Below, in pieces: positions 25,114 to 38,588 of a DNA stretch of 64,000 nt. How positions within the stretch are numbered: position 1 is the stretch's first letter; each line of letters starts with the position of its first letter. This DNA comes from the human T2T-CHM13v2.0 reference genome, Homo sapiens: assembly GCF_009914755.1 (NCBI RefSeq), contig NC_060947.1. One strand, written 5' to 3'. Below the pieces are notes generated by a model, which was given only the letters and a program-made list of their open reading frames with translations, searched no databases and was not told the DNA's origin. The position numbers and the translations under genes are program-made.

Positions 25114-27399
25114 AGACAGACTGATTCATATTAACATGTTAGAAGCTGATTGGAGCTATAAAATCTGACCTGGGAGCAGGTACAATTTAGCTGAGGCTCT
25201 ATAGAGATGCAAAATCCTACCACCAATGAATGAATGAATTAATTAATGAATAACATTTTAGATTTCAGGCAGTTAGAAACAAGTCAGGAATATTTCAATG
25301 TGGATTGGGGACAAGGGGTATTCTTGGTGTTTCCACATTACATTACAACATATGGGGAGCAAACCCCTTCTCTCAAATGGTTTATGGAGTCAATGACTTT
25401 CTAAATCTTCAGATTTAGTACCAGGAAACCACTCGAAAGTGATGCTTGGACTCCCTCGTATCTATAAAAGGTTTCTCTAATGACCAGTAAAGTCTAATAA
25501 CTTGGCTAAAGTTTTCACTGAATTGAGCCCAAATATTTGAATTGACAACCTCCTATGAAGACATGGTTTTTGACATGTGCATTCTTCCATGGAACATTCT
25601 ACTCTGAGTTCCTATTAATTAAATTTAACCTAAACAACACCAAATATCCCACCACCTTTTTCCCCCCACTACTAAAGAAGAGAAAATAGAAAGGAAAAAA
25701 GATTTTAATTTGCTCAGACATCTTGGTTTTGTTGAAATGATTTTTAAAAATCTTTGTCCCTTAATTGATACTTCCCCTTAGTAATTAAAGTATGGCAATA
25801 AATATGGATGAAGCCTTTTACATTACTTGACAATGAAGGGGTCAGGCTCTCAGTCTCATATTCATCAGCCTGAGATGGGAAGCAGTAGCACGATGGGGGA
25901 AACCCATCTGTCTTTATTAAGACTTGGCACCAAGGGAGCACAGAAAAGAGAAGAGCTCATTTAGTAAATGGCAGTTCCCATTCTGCAAAGCGACAGAAAA
26001 TTTACTGCACTGTCAGCAAGAAAAAAATAATCCACTCAGAGAAAGTTGTTATATTAGGAAGATTTAAAGAGAAAGACCTTTTCTGTGATATTAGAGAGGA
26101 TAAAAGTTTCTACCTAATAATACATAACTAAGTAGAAAAAATTCTTCTCCAGGCCAACATTGCTCATGTTGCCTTTCCTTCCTCTAAAGCTCCTTCCTCT
26201 AGTGACCTATTCCTATCTTTTCCATCATTTTAGGCCAAAAACAAGCCCTAGCTCTACCCGAAGCCTTCCCTAATTTCAATCCAAACTAATTTCATTTTCT
26301 CGCTGTCATATTTTCTACTGGGCATAATTTAGCATTCTAACAGTTCAGCCTTTTACCATGTATTTTAATTCTCTAATTGTTTCTTGTATTAGTTTGCTTT
26401 GCCAAACTAGATTTTTTTTTAAAGTATTTTGTGGGCAGAGACTGTGTCTTCAACAGCCTTGGAGCTCCCTTTAGCACCTGGCGGGGTTCTTGGCACATAA
26501 CAAGTGTTCAACAAGTGCTTATTCCTTGATTTCTTCTGATCTAAATTCCATTATCCACGGTAACCATCTTCATTGGACAAAAACCTGAAAAAACCAAATA
26601 GATCAATTTCTTAAACAGTTTCAAATTATTTATTGAAGTAATACACACACAGTATCAAAACATAATAAAATACAGGAGGACTTATGATGGAAAGCAACAC
26701 TTCTGCTCCATCATGCCACAGCGCATATGTTTGCTCTCCAGGGGCAACACTTTTAACTTGTTTAAAACTGTTTCTTCTTATAGTTACCGCCTCTGCATAA
26801 AATGCCTAGACCACTGGGTCTTACTGAAATCATTTCTTCTCCCTTCTTCCATTCATTTAATATAATTATATAGTTATGTTGACTCCTCTATCCGTTATTT
26901 TAAATTTTAATTTCTTGGATGTAGAATGTTTATTACATGTTCCTTCAGCTCTCTACTCTTCCTTTTACCTCCCAACTTTCTTCATTTGTACTTTTCTATT
27001 GCATTATTTCTATAACTACAGTTAGCTTAAAAGTTAAAATTAGTCACCAGTGTTTACATTTTTGTGACTATGTCAATAGTGTTCACTTCAGGGACAATAA
27101 TTAAATTATATTTTCTTCTTTGTACAGGTTTTAAATTTTTCCTGGACTTTCTAATAGCTTTTCCCCCCACCATACACTATTTTCCTGTGTCATATCCTCA
27201 GTTTGTTGGTTTCTTTTCAAAGTCTTCGTCATAACAGGTGAAGCCCCGTTTTTTCCTGGAAATTCACTCCCCAAGGCCTCCAACCTCAGGCTCCACTGTA
27301 GGCCAGTTGCTCTTTAGACTTACTCTAAAGCTACCATCCTGGGACGTCACTGCTTCCCGGGGTTTGATCTGCTCTTTTCAAGAATTCATGTCTTCCTCT

Positions 27400-28000
27400 T
27401 TCTTGGTTTATTTCCTCTTTTTCACTGGACTAAATCCTCAACTTCCTTTAAAAGTATTTGTTGCAGAGTAATTTCGGGAGTCATCTCATATCTGAAAATG
27501 CTTTGATTTTATTCTCATACTTGACTGATAGTTTAACTGATTTTAGAATGTCGTGCTGAAGAAAGTCATTTTCCTTTAGAACTGTGAAGGTATTGCTCCA
27601 ATGTTGTCTCCTGTGAGACTGATGATGAGAAATCTGATGTCAATATCATTTTCATCTCTTTGTAGTTTACTTGCTTTTCTCTCTGGAAGCCTTAGGATAT
27701 CTCTATACTTTGTATTCTGAAATTTCACATGAATGTACTTTGGAAAATGATCTTGTATTGTTTCTTTGATAATTCCCTCTCCTTTGTTCTCTCTCTCTCT
27801 TAAATTTCTATTAGTCAAATGTTAGATCTCCAGGATTACCTTCTATCTTATCTTCCTCTCTTAGTCTTTTTGTTCTAACTTTTTTTTTTGATATTTCCTC
27901 AAGTCTGTCTTCCAACTCTTCCTTTGAATTTGATCTCTGCAATCATATTTTTATTTCCAAGAGGTCCTTCTTGTCATCTTAATATTTATTTTCAAATATC
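27400..28000 (-). mobile_element. Ancient L1M ORF1 remnant
   Basis: ORF 27576..27818(-) EGIIKETIQDHFP..IHVKFQNTK..ILR..ERK resembles the L1 ORF1p RRM region. Confidence 0.7.
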
Positions 28001-28916
28001 CTATTTATGTTATATGAATGCAATGTTTTATTGAACCTAAGTATACTAATTCTAGAATTTTTTCTCTCTTTCTTTTTTTCTCTCTTATCTGTCTTTTCTT
28101 TTTTTTCTGTTTGTTTACCATTCTGTTTCATGTTGAAAGTGTTCCTCAAATATTTGCTAATCATTGATATTTTGTTTACATAGAAGAATGGTGCAATAAA
28201 AAGTGATTGGAAGCTTCATATACATAAGTAGGGAGTTGGCCATTTTGTTCAGAGGTTGCCTAAATGCAGAAATACAGATGATTTTTCTCTTGGATCTCTC
28301 AATTACTTTCAAGAATAACACTCTAATTTTTTGGCGCTCATGGAGGATATAGCCGGATACAGGGCATTCTGTACACCAGATTGAGGAGGACAATGGGAGG
28401 ATTAGCTGTGTAAAAATGGCTTCACCCTCCCCTTTCTGCCTTATATCTCACCTGGTTTCTTTGTCAACCCTAGCATTTATGCAGGGAAGGCTGACTTTCT
28501 CTCATTGTATCAACCCACTTAAAGTATTCTAAACTGTGGCATCTCCTATTCTGCTTCATCAATTACCACTCCTTCATCTACTTTTTAGCTTTCATCCAAC
28601 CTTCATCCATCAATGGTCCCTTTCCCATTTTCTTCATTGTTGTGAGTTTATATCTTTTGTGTTCCTTTGCTATCTTTGGATGTAGAGGCAATACATGCAT
28701 ATAATCTGTATTCCATCATTAACTCATTGAAATACATAAACTTATTTCAATTACAGCTTAAGCTCCCACTTTGCTATTTTTTCTATTTCTTCTGAGAGTA
28801 GAGCACTAAATAACATCATACTCACTGCTGTGATAGCATCAAACTGATTTGGCAATAAAAACCCATTTTACAGTGTAACACACTGAAACATTAGAACAAT
28901 AAACTTGTATTTATTA

Positions 28917-29216
<300 letters not shown>

Positions 29217-29302
29217 TAAGCAGAATTTCTGTGCATAGTCCAAGAATGTCTGGTATGTTATTTAGTACAGTCAGTTCATTAGATACCTATTTGTTCCCTC
29301 AA

Positions 29303-29455
29303 GGTAGTGGTTCTTGAGATTCTTAAGCTGGGGAGCTTGTTAAAAATATATATTCTCAGGCCTCAGCTCTGCAGAAGGTCTGGGATAGGGCCAATACTCT
29401 GTATTTTGTAAGAGCCCCTTGAGTGAAAAGCACAACTATGGTTAAGAACCACTGA
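29303..29455. mobile_element. MER5-family MITE
   Basis: AGTGGTTCTT...GGGAGCTTGTTAAAA...ATTCTCAGGCC...GGTTAAGAACCACTG. Confidence 0.7.
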
Positions 29456-30164
29456 CCACTGGAAGTCCAGCAACAGCGAGTTGGGCTATTCTCATTCCCT
29501 CTTTCTCCTCATTTCAATCCCTATTCTTGCTGACTCCAAAATACATGGCAATCTTTAATGGAAGAATTGTTCAGAGTAGTTGCTGCATGGCTAATCTAGC
29601 TTTTAAAACCATACTACCTCAATAAAAATCCACCAAGCAACGTAGAAAAAATTGACAGGTTCATCTGTGCTGAGTGAACTCACTTGCCCAAGGTCCCAAG
29701 GTCATCAATGTGAATGATGAAGATGGGAACAGTATTTGGATCAGTCACAGTATATAGTCGAAGCCAGATATTGCCATTCCTTATAAATGTCTAAATCTAT
29801 AATGAGAAGGTAAGAAATTACATTATAGCAGTGCCAGAGCTTAGCTACCAGGAAAAAAAAAAAAAAAAAAAAAAAAACCTCTTCTGCAAGGATGAAACAA
29901 GAAAATTACTTGAATTTGAACAATGTGTGCTAGGTTTTATTGGGGCAGGGGGTTATTTTTAAAAAGGAAAATTAGAGTTCTAATTTAGACAACCCAACGT
30001 TATTGATTCACTGTCTTATTTAAAAATAAGGTCTGCAAGACCTTTTAGAACGTTGTCATTTTTACCCCCAGGGAAATCAGAAGTGAGCCAAGCAGAGCTG
30101 CTGATTTGTAGGTACTAGAAGTAGACCTTAGACATAGCTTCAATACTAGGGCAGGAATATGATA

Positions 30165-30295
30165 ACAGTGGCTAACAGGACAGGTTTGGAGTCAGACATA
30201 CCTGGGTTAAGAGGTTAGGCTCCATCACTTACTAGTTATGTGACCTTGAGAAAACTACTTAACCTCTCTAAGGTTCAGTTTTCCCCTTTTGTAGT
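30165..30295 (+). mobile_element. MIR
   Basis: TTTGGAGTCAGACATACCTGGGTT...TGTGACCTTGAG...CTTAACCTCTCT. Confidence 0.8.
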
Positions 30296-30554
30296 TTCTT
30301 AAGTAAACCAAGCTCTCTCAAGCTTTGGTGCCTCTGTACAGGCAGCTTACCACTCACCTCCTTTAACTCTGATTAATTCTTACTCATCCTTCAGGTTACA
30401 AATCAACACTGCCTCTTCCTGCAAACCCTGATTTCCCCATCAGAATTAGCAAATGCTCTTCTGTGTCTCCTCCCCCAAGTGCCCTAAACATATCTTCAAT
30501 CATAATAAATGTATGGTAATTGGTGGTTTATAAAAATTTGTTACTTCCATCATT

Positions 30555-30755
30555 TAGGAGCCAGAAAATTAGAGTGCACAGGCCAAATCTGACCCATGGC
30601 CTCTTTTAGTACAGCCTTCAAAATAAGAATGGTTTTTGCATTTTTAAAAGGTTAGTTACCAAAAGAAGTAGAATATGCAATTGAGATTGTACGTGTCCCT
30701 TAAAGCCTAAAATATTTATTATCTGGCTCTTTAGAGAAGAATTTGCTGACCCCTG
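30555..30755 (+). mobile_element. MER58-family MITE nested in an L2 3' end (~30310-30875)
   Basis: AGGCCAAATCTG...AAGAATGGTTTTTGCATTTTTAAA...AAGCCTAAAATATTTA...TTTGCTGACCCCTG. Confidence 0.8.
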
Positions 30756-30907
30756 CCATATATCATAAGTAATTTGAGGGCAAGAACTATGTTTTATTTC
30801 ACTGTATGTCCTATTCCTAGCACAATGTCTGACGCATGAAAGGAATCACATGCTTGTTGAAGGGATGAATTAGTCAGTACAACCAGTATTTTCTACAGTA
30901 TTATTTA

Positions 30908-31900
30908 TTGTAGAATCAAAACACAACTTTATTTTGTCTCCCCATGTTCCAATAAAATGTACCCCATTGAGGTAACCTTTTCCTGACCATAGATGGAAGT
31001 TTGGATAGAGCACATGATTTTCTGCTCACTTCTTCAAAAATAAACAGTCCTTAGGTCACTCTAAGTCACAAAACACAACCTTGATTTAGTAATTAGAATG
31101 TATTCAGTCCAAGATATTACTCAACTTTCTCCATCTTCACTTAATGGTGAGGCTTTGTTTCCCACTAAGCCCATGCTAAGGCCTGTAGTGGTGGCTAAAT
31201 GCCTTTGGAAAAGGAGGAGTGATAGGTTTTCTTCTTTCTCTCTCCACTTGCCAGTTCCTATTTGGATCCTCACCAGGGTGGAAATAGGAGTAGGGAAGAG
31301 AGGTAAGGGATTGGTCATTTCTTCCTTGGTGGAATGGCTTCCCACTCTCTGGGTCTTTGGCTCTTCTGTGGGTTCTTCAAAGGCCTCTGTCACTGAAGAC
31401 CCCTCTACTGTAACTTGGGAGACCTGGGTTGATGCATTTTTATTTAGGTTGGTACTTAACAGCTCCTTCCTCAGCCTTTGGGAATCCAGCAGTTATCTTC
31501 AGCTTCCTGTTGATGGGGTCCTTTCTCCCCTCCAGATGGCCGCATTGAACAGGGTTCAGGATGACCTTACCCTGGCTCTCTTTCTTGCATGATCCCCATT
31601 TGGTTTCTAGGAAAAAATCAAACATCCCCTGCCCTAACAAACTCTGGGAATGAAGGCCAATCCCAACACAGTCAATCCTGTTCTCCTGCCAAGGGCCACA
31701 TTAGCTTTCTCAGAATGGAGTACAGTTCCAAATCGCTCCCCTTCTACTGCAGGGAATAAATGTCAAGTTCTATGAGTGATCCAGTGAAGTACCCACTAGG
31801 CTTCTACTCCTGTGGAAGGTGGAGTGGAGTCTTGGCCTGGCAACAGCTCTGGGCAAAGAAACATTTTCACAAATTTCCCTTCCCACTCCCTTTCACAATC
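30908..31900 (-). mobile_element. Possible ancient Gypsy-type solo LTR (MamGypLTR/LTR85-88-like)
   Basis: Minus strand ends GGACTG...AAGTGA...AAAATAAAGTTGTGTTTTGATTCTACA (polyA signal ~20 nt before a CA terminus) after a purine-rich body; family from memory only, far boundary uncertain. Confidence 0.35.
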
Positions 31901-32199
31901 TGACTCCCTTTTATTTCTTGGAGCCTCTTCTGGAGTATTTCCATTGTAAATTTTGTATATGATGACCTGGCTTTGGAATTCCCAACTATTGTGGGTCATT
32001 AATTATGTCTTCCTGGAAACTCGAATTTAATATTGTGTTAAATAAGGCTTATTTTTTCTAATTATGTAAGAAAAGGTCAATTATCCATGGTGAAACCTCT
32101 GGTTAGATTCACGTAGCCTCATTGTCTATTGATATCTACCAATTTGAAGCAACAGCATTAAGATTTGTTGAGCATCTGTAGCGTATGCTTTAGAGATAT

Positions 32200-32370
32200 T
32201 TTCTCATCTAACCCCCCTTTTATAATTTTCCCTCTTTTATAGGTGAAAACTGAGTCTCAGAGAAATTAATTGACCTTCTTAAGGTAATCCAGAAAATATA
32301 GATCAAAGCTAAGGTGAAAACCCAGGTCAATATGATTTCAAAGACCCTGATCTTTCTGCTATACCATGAT
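32200..32370 (-). mobile_element. MIR
   Basis: TTTATAGGTGAAAACTGAGTCTCAGAGA...AAACCCAGGTC. Confidence 0.65.
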
Positions 32371-32992
32371 CTTTGAACTTTTTCATCCAAAAATCCCGAA
32401 TGGCAGAGAAGAGTGAACACGTATCCCTGGGGAAGTATGGGTGGCCCAAAGAGGCCCTACCACAAGTGTAAAATTTCTCTAAAATCTCATGCTTGATCAT
32501 AAAAATGCATAAATTTGCATTCTATTCTGTGTGTTTATTATCATATAAACTATGTTTAAAATTATCACTTAAACTATCTACGTTCTCCTTGTCCAAATAT
32601 TCAAGTAAATTCAATCATCTAGGAAAATACACTATGTTTATCCTGTACTTTCTTGAGCATACTACTGTAGTTTGAGAAACACCAGCATATTCCACAGTTT
32701 GAGAAAGAAGGTACTAGAATATGCTGGTAAGGCAAGGATTTCAAGGACAGCCTCAATTGATTTTAACCACTGGAATGAGGGAAATGGAAAGACATAGTAT
32801 GCAAGAATTGTTAAGGAGAATTTGGGAATAAAGTGAAAATCACTGCAGTAATTTCTTAAAGATTGGCATGACACTATAATTAATACTATTGTGATTATTG
32901 ATACCATAATAAAAATTGTTTATGATCATGTGTTGTTGGATGAGCAATGCACTAATGATGGTATAATATTGGAGAAGTAACATTGGGACATT

Positions 32993-33345
32993 CAGCTGTT
33001 CTTAACCTGGAGGCCATGGAGCACAGAAATTTTATCCCTATTTCTGAGGAAGGGGAAGGTCTGTAGCTTTCCTTAGACTCTCAAAGGAATCCAAGATCCA
33101 CAAAGATTAAGAAACACTGCTACAGAGAAAACAGCAGAGATTTTGGGATCACATGGCCTTGTTCTCCAGTGCTGGCTCTAGGCTTACTAAACTACATGAT
33201 ATACTTTCTCTCTAAGTCTCAGGTTCCCCATTTGTAAAATGAGGATCATAATACCCAAATCACAGGGCTGTTGTGAGGATTAAATTAAGTTCTTTATGTT
33301 AAATGTTTGATATAGAGTAGGCACTCAAGAAACGTTAATCTCCTT
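32993..33345 (+). mobile_element. hAT-Charlie MITE (32993-33119, MER117-like) followed by MIR (33120-33345)
   Basis: CAGCTGTTCTTAACC...GATTAAGAAACACTG TIRs; then TTTGTAAAATGAGGAT...GTTGTGAGGATTAAAT...GTAGGCACTCAA. Confidence 0.65.
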
Positions 33346-33699
33346 CCTCCTGCCACAATATGTAAAAGATGATAAGGGCCTTTGACTACAAATGGATGAA
33401 TAACTTATAGTGGAATATATACCCTGGCTAGATATGACTACTTAGAAAATGTTCTACTTTAATCTTAGAACCCCAACCAGAAACTCAGGCTGATGTTACA
33501 TTTCCACAAAATATTTAAATCAAATGTATTAAGTTGGTGCCTAAAAAATCTTTTTCAAACCTAGAAATATACACATGCAAACATTCTGTTTGTAAAGATG
33601 GAATTATTTAAGCACTATCACATCCTGGAATGTTTGGTTTCAATTCTAAGCATATATTACTGTAAGACCCAGGATGAAAAACCTCTTGAATTTAGCTAG

Positions 33700-33900
33700 A
33701 GATTTGATCCTCTTAAATGACATATGAAGCAGCTTTTATAAAGATAGGGAGCCTCAGCTAGTCTTACAGATTCATGAGGAAGCCTCTAAGGGGTTAAAGT
33801 AGAAAGCTTATACAAACTTTGCTTCTCAGCCTCTCTTATCTCCTCCCTCTCCACACCGCTGAGACAGAGCAGAGCTGAATCACTACCTTTCCCGCATACT
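33700..33900 (+). promoter_or_regulatory. SERTM2: Inferred non-CpG-island promoter of SERTM2
   Basis: Unique sequence just upstream of the first splice donor, with TTTATAAA (~33736), a GATA site CTTATC (33835-33840) and a slight local rise in GC/CpG; the TSS is not determinable from sequence. Confidence 0.45.
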
Positions 33901-34055
33901 CTAAACTGTTGCCTGCGAAAGAGGAACTGGGGACTTAGACTAATTCAGGCTGCTTTCATTCAAATGTTCCAGAGGGCACACACACATCCAAACAGACTTC
34001 TCTTTGCTTTTCAGAGCTTATAAGGAGCAGGCATCTGAAGCTGCACTCTGAAGCT
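33860..34055 (+). other. SERTM2: Predicted non-coding exon 1 (start approximate)
   Basis: Donor GCT|GTAAGT at 34055/34056; contains a 19-codon uORF at 33964-34023. Confidence 0.55.
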
Positions 34056-34218
34056 GTAAGTGGTAACTGACATTTTAAGTAACATTTTAAGTAATAGAAG
34101 GTGTTTTTCTGTTTTTCTGCAAAGGGATTACTCTTTAGGAAGATGAAAGAGAAACCATACTTTGCATGAACATAGTCCTGCTTCTTTGGCAAAACAAGGC
34201 TTTCATTCTATGTTCCAG

Positions 34219-34315
34219 CTATTCCAGAGATGTTCCTGAACAAGTTACCTGTTGGTGAAAGCTTCAAAAGGGATACTTAAGTGACCAATCCTATTCATAC
34301 TGTGGGCCAGGAGAG
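34219..34315 (+). other. SERTM2: Predicted non-coding exon 2
   Basis: Acceptor TTTCATTCTATGTTCCAG| at 34218 (alternative AG at 34227); strong donor GAG|GTAAGA at 34315/34316; 16-codon uORF at 34230-34280. Confidence 0.6.
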
Positions 34316-35289
34316 GTAAGAAATATTTGGAAATATTACGATGTTAATCCCGGTGAAGTGAGAGGCATTATTTTATTTATCGGCAGGTGTGACAAATAGG
34401 CACCATCTGCTGCAGAAGATACAGCAACTCCTACTTGAGCGAGCTTATTACTTAATGGCTCCAGCCACTGAAGAAGCATTTGCTGCTGGAATCGTTTTTT
34501 CACAGGGTGATGTGGAACTAGACACACTTCTCTCTCTCAGTTTTTTCTCCTCAGCTAGGAAGATAAATATAAATAGAATGTATTAACTCTTAAAAGCTGA
34601 TATCAGTTGATAGTTTTGAATTTCTTTTCTGAATTGTTCCACTGAAGGTTTTCCTTAACTACTTGATGAGATTTCAGCTCTGGAATTATATAGGCAGGTG
34701 TCATGCAGAAAAATGTAAAATTACCAGTGGGTTGTTCCCAGAACCTTATCATGTTAAAGAAAATAAAAGTAACTACTAGGAGCACCCTGAGAACCAAACA
34801 GAGATCAGGGTACACTTATTTTATATCTCCAGCACCTAAAAAAGTGTCTGGAACTTGATTGGCACTCAATAAATGTTTGCCAAAGAAATGTTAATCTGAT
34901 TTTGGAGGCCTGTGGAGAACTTGGTTGCTCTTGCTACAAATAAGTTTCACTCAAAGAATCCCTCTCGGGCTTGATTGATGCAGAAAGTTATTCCCTTATC
35001 ATTCTGGGGAGCAAAATTCATGATCTAGGAGTGTATGTTATTTTGCTCCTATGAGGTTATATACACTATGCTGATGTCAAAAATTAGTGAGAACTTGACA
35101 TTTCAATGTTTATACTAAAAACACAAGACTTTTTGTTACTAAGATTTTATTTACCAAATTAATGACAAAATATGCAATTAGAAAACCAAAGGTGCATATT
35201 CATGTCACTTGTGAGTATTTTGGTTTACATTAGAAGTGAAGTAAACCAGATGTACAAGTTAATATTGGACATTGACCAGTTATTAAACA

Positions 35290-35560
35290 CTTTCTCTTTT
35301 CCCTTTCCCCCAAACTTCTCTTCCTCTTTTTTTGCTCCATTCTTTCTCAATATTACCTCCTTCCCTTCCTTCTCCCCCTCATAATCACTCATTTCCTGCC
35401 CCATCTTATCTCCATCCCACATCCCTCATAGTCTTTACTCATTTCTCACATTTCTTTCTTTTCCTCCTCTCTCCCTTCCCTCTTCCTCTATCTTCCTTTC
35501 TTTCTTTCCCTAATTCCTTACCCCCTTTTCCATTCCTCACTCTCCTCCTTTTCCCTCAAC
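35290..35560. repeat. CT-rich low-complexity tract
   Basis: Direct reading. Confidence 0.85.
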
Positions 35561-36489
35561 AGCTTTCAATCACTTTTACAAAGACTAGAAACTGATTTTT
35601 ATTGCATGAGCTTTCCAGAAAGAACTGCAGGATACTAAAATAATTCTTTCCACAAAAAATCATATCCTTCAGAATTAATAGAATTTGAATTCCTTTTGAA
35701 ATTGCATGGTTGTTTTTCTTTCCAAATGGTGCAGAGCTTTTAACAGAGCAATCATATTATCTGTGCAACTCATTAATTAGTTAGCAAAGAGAGCCATGAC
35801 AATCCTGTTTGAAAAGCTTTTATGAGAAGTAGTCACAGATATAGGACCAGAGTAACAAAAAAGAGGATTTCCTAATATCTAACGTTGCATTTATTCATTT
35901 CAAAGTCCTTAATGGATTTAAGGAATTAAATTGATAAACCTCCCTAAATTGACCAGACTGTTTGGTCTCCCGAAGACTGTAGAGGCTTTAAGAAATATGT
36001 GATTAGCTAGTTTTCCAAACTTTCAAAGGAAATGTTTAAAGAAATTGACAAGGTTAGCTGAGATCATTGTTCTCTAAGCTTCTCCAAGCTTCATAGAATT
36101 CTAATAAATATTGAATAAGTATTCAGACCTAAGGAAGATTCAGAGTCAATTGTGTAGGAGGCAGAAAATGTAGTATCAATTGTTATTGAAAATTATCTGC
36201 AGACACAAGTGAACTTTCTAAAATTTAATTTAAAATCTAACCAATCCCATGTAGTTTTCCTTTAAAATCTTGTAACTGAAATAGCACTTCATGAAGAGAG
36301 TTTCTAACAAGGTGATAATTTCTTAATTCTAGATTATAATCTGGAATTTAGTCTCCAATAAGAAATTGAACAGTGGGGGAAGGGAATAAAAAGAAAAGAG
36401 AAAGTTATATTCTTCTCCAAGCTATATTAGCAATCGGATCAGAGATAAGACTGTGCCTCTCTTTGAACTGTAAATGTTAGGTACATTTC

Positions 36490-36930
36490 TTCATCATACC
36501 CATGCATTTATTCAATAATTCTTGAGCAGCTACTGCAAGCAAAGCTGTATCAGGGATAGACTGCTGAAAATGATCCTCAAGAATTTTGTAAGTTACAATT
36601 TAGAAGAAAACATATCAACTAGATACCTGCAATATTTGTCAAATTTAATTCCTCTAAGAGAAATACAAAGCATTGTGGAAATTAGGGTTAGGGTGGAAAG
36701 TCAAGATCAGCTTCATGAACTAAATCTTGAAGAATTGTAGTATTTCCTCACCCAGAGATGTGTGAAGATAGAAGGAACTGGTCAAACAAAAATGTGGAAG
36801 CAGGGAAGTAGGTAAGAGTGAGCATTACAGTTTTATTGGAAAGAGGGTAATGGAAGGAATTAAGGTAAGCCAGGGCCAAGGCATTGACAGCCTTAAATGT
36901 CAAGCTAAGGAGAATGGAGTAAAATCCAAA
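36490..36930 (-). mobile_element. L2 remnant
   Basis: ATGCATTTATTCAATAATTCTTGAGCAGCTACTG is the antisense L2 tail; GCCTTAAATGTCAAGCTAAGGAG. Confidence 0.6.
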
Positions 36931-37107
36931 GGCAACATGTAGACTTCCAACATTTTATTTCTTTTTCCTTTTTCATTCCACTAGACTAGTTATAAATAAA
37001 TTGTATAGTAATAAAATATAGAATAAAATAGCAAGTTGAAGATTACACAGTTTGGTATATTTTTTATAAAGTTCAAAACAAATAATACTAACATCGTTTA
37101 GGCATAG

Positions 37108-37131
37108 GGGTGTGTGTGTGTGTGTGTGTGT
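37108..37131. repeat. (GT)n microsatellite in an L1ME remnant
   Basis: Direct reading. Confidence 0.9.
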
Positions 37132-37749
37132 AAATAAAAGGAAGGTAATGAGTCACAAAATTCAGAATATTGGTTATTGGTTATTTCTGGAGAAGGATAG
37201 GTAAGAGGATGAGATGGGAGGAGCATAGGTAGATGTCGTGTAAATTATTAGTTATTCTCAATCTTAAAGTTGGTAGATGTTTGCCCACAGATGTTTGTCC
37301 ATGGGTGTTCAATATATTATTAAATAAGTGAATAAAAAGAGCTCAAATTTACCAGTGATGACAATGTGCCATAAACCAAGGAGTATGACTTACCTGATTC
37401 TGTATACTTGGGGTCCAAAAGGGAGTATAAAGATACTAGAATAGTGTAGAGGTTTCTCCCACTTGACTTGCACTAGCAGTGAGTGTTTATTTTTCCTTAC
37501 CCTTCTTTTCTGGAAGGCAGGTGAAAAAGTAACTTAGGAGATACATGGGTGAAAAATCCATTAAGCTCTTATCTCTAGGTTACTACCATTCTTAAGGAAA
37601 GGAGCTGCTGGGAGAAGTGGTGAGGAGGAAGGCCAGTGAGACTGACAACCTATATATGAAGCACTCTGAATACATAGTGAAGCAATTGAGCTGTGTGGGC
37701 TGTCTGGGACTGTTAGAGTCCTGATTTGAAGTGCTCTGTTCTATTTGTA

Positions 37750-38120
37750 GACTGGTGTTTCTCAGCCCTGGCTGCATATCAAAATCACCTGTGGAGCTTT
37801 TAAGCAATACAGATGTTCATGCCCCATACAGAGCTACTGAATCAGAAACCCTGAAGAAAAGACCCAGTTATATATATTTTCAAAAACATACTAAGTAATA
37901 TTAAAGTAGAGCAAGGACTGAAAAACATTCCCTGAAGAGTGTGCTTAGAAACAAGTGGGTAACTTGTTTCAAACATTGATTCCAGGATACTGTCCCCAGA
38001 GATTCTAATCTAAGAAAAAAGGGAAAGGGTCTGGGAAAGGGTCCGTGTTTTTATTCATAATAAACACCCTGTAGGTGATTCTGATGAAGGCACTTCCCTT
38101 GACCACTCTGAGAAACACTG
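37750..38120. mobile_element. Two adjacent MER5-family MITEs
   Basis: TGTTTCTCAGCCCTGGCTGCATATCAAAATCACCTG...; CCCCAGAGATTCTAATC...GGTGATTCTGATG...CTCTGAGAAACACTG. Confidence 0.75.
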
Positions 38121-38162
38121 CCCCAAAGGTTCCAAAACACTAGGGTTTCAGGGTGATTAGTC

Positions 38163-38588
38163 CATATATTTGCTTCCTAAAACTGCCATAAAAAATTGTA
38201 TAAGCTAGGTGACTTAAAACAACAGAAATTTATTCTTTCAGGCCTGGAGTATAGAAGTCTGGAATCATGGCATCAGTAGGGCCGTGCACTCTCTGAAATC
38301 TGTAGGGTAGACTCCTTCCTTGCCACTTCGAGCCTCTGGTATTTGCTGGCAATCCTCAGCATTCCTTGGCTGGTAGATGCACCACTCTAATCTCTGCCTC
38401 TGTCTTCTGCTTGTATGCCTCTGTCTTCTCCTCTTCTTGTGAGAACACCAGTCATTATATTAGGGCCAACCTAATATATTGACTTGATTCCATCTACAAG
38501 GTCTTATTTCCAAATAAGGTTACATTCACAGTTACTGGAGTTTAGGACTTCACCATTTTTGGGGGGTGACACTATTCACCCATAACAC
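38163..38588 (-). mobile_element. MLT1 (MLT1C-like) MaLR LTR
   Basis: GGTGACTTAAAACAACAGAAATTTATTCT...CATTCCTTGGCT...TTTCCAAATAAGGT...CACTATTCACCCATAACA. Confidence 0.85.

Noticed and set aside
29853-29877. Isolated A25 tract as tail of a processed pseudogene
   Set aside because: No upstream recognisable gene body, nearby polyA signal or TSD
31098-31592. 164-aa ORF, longest in the window
   Set aside because: No recognisable homology or exon context; lies in a probable LTR remnant
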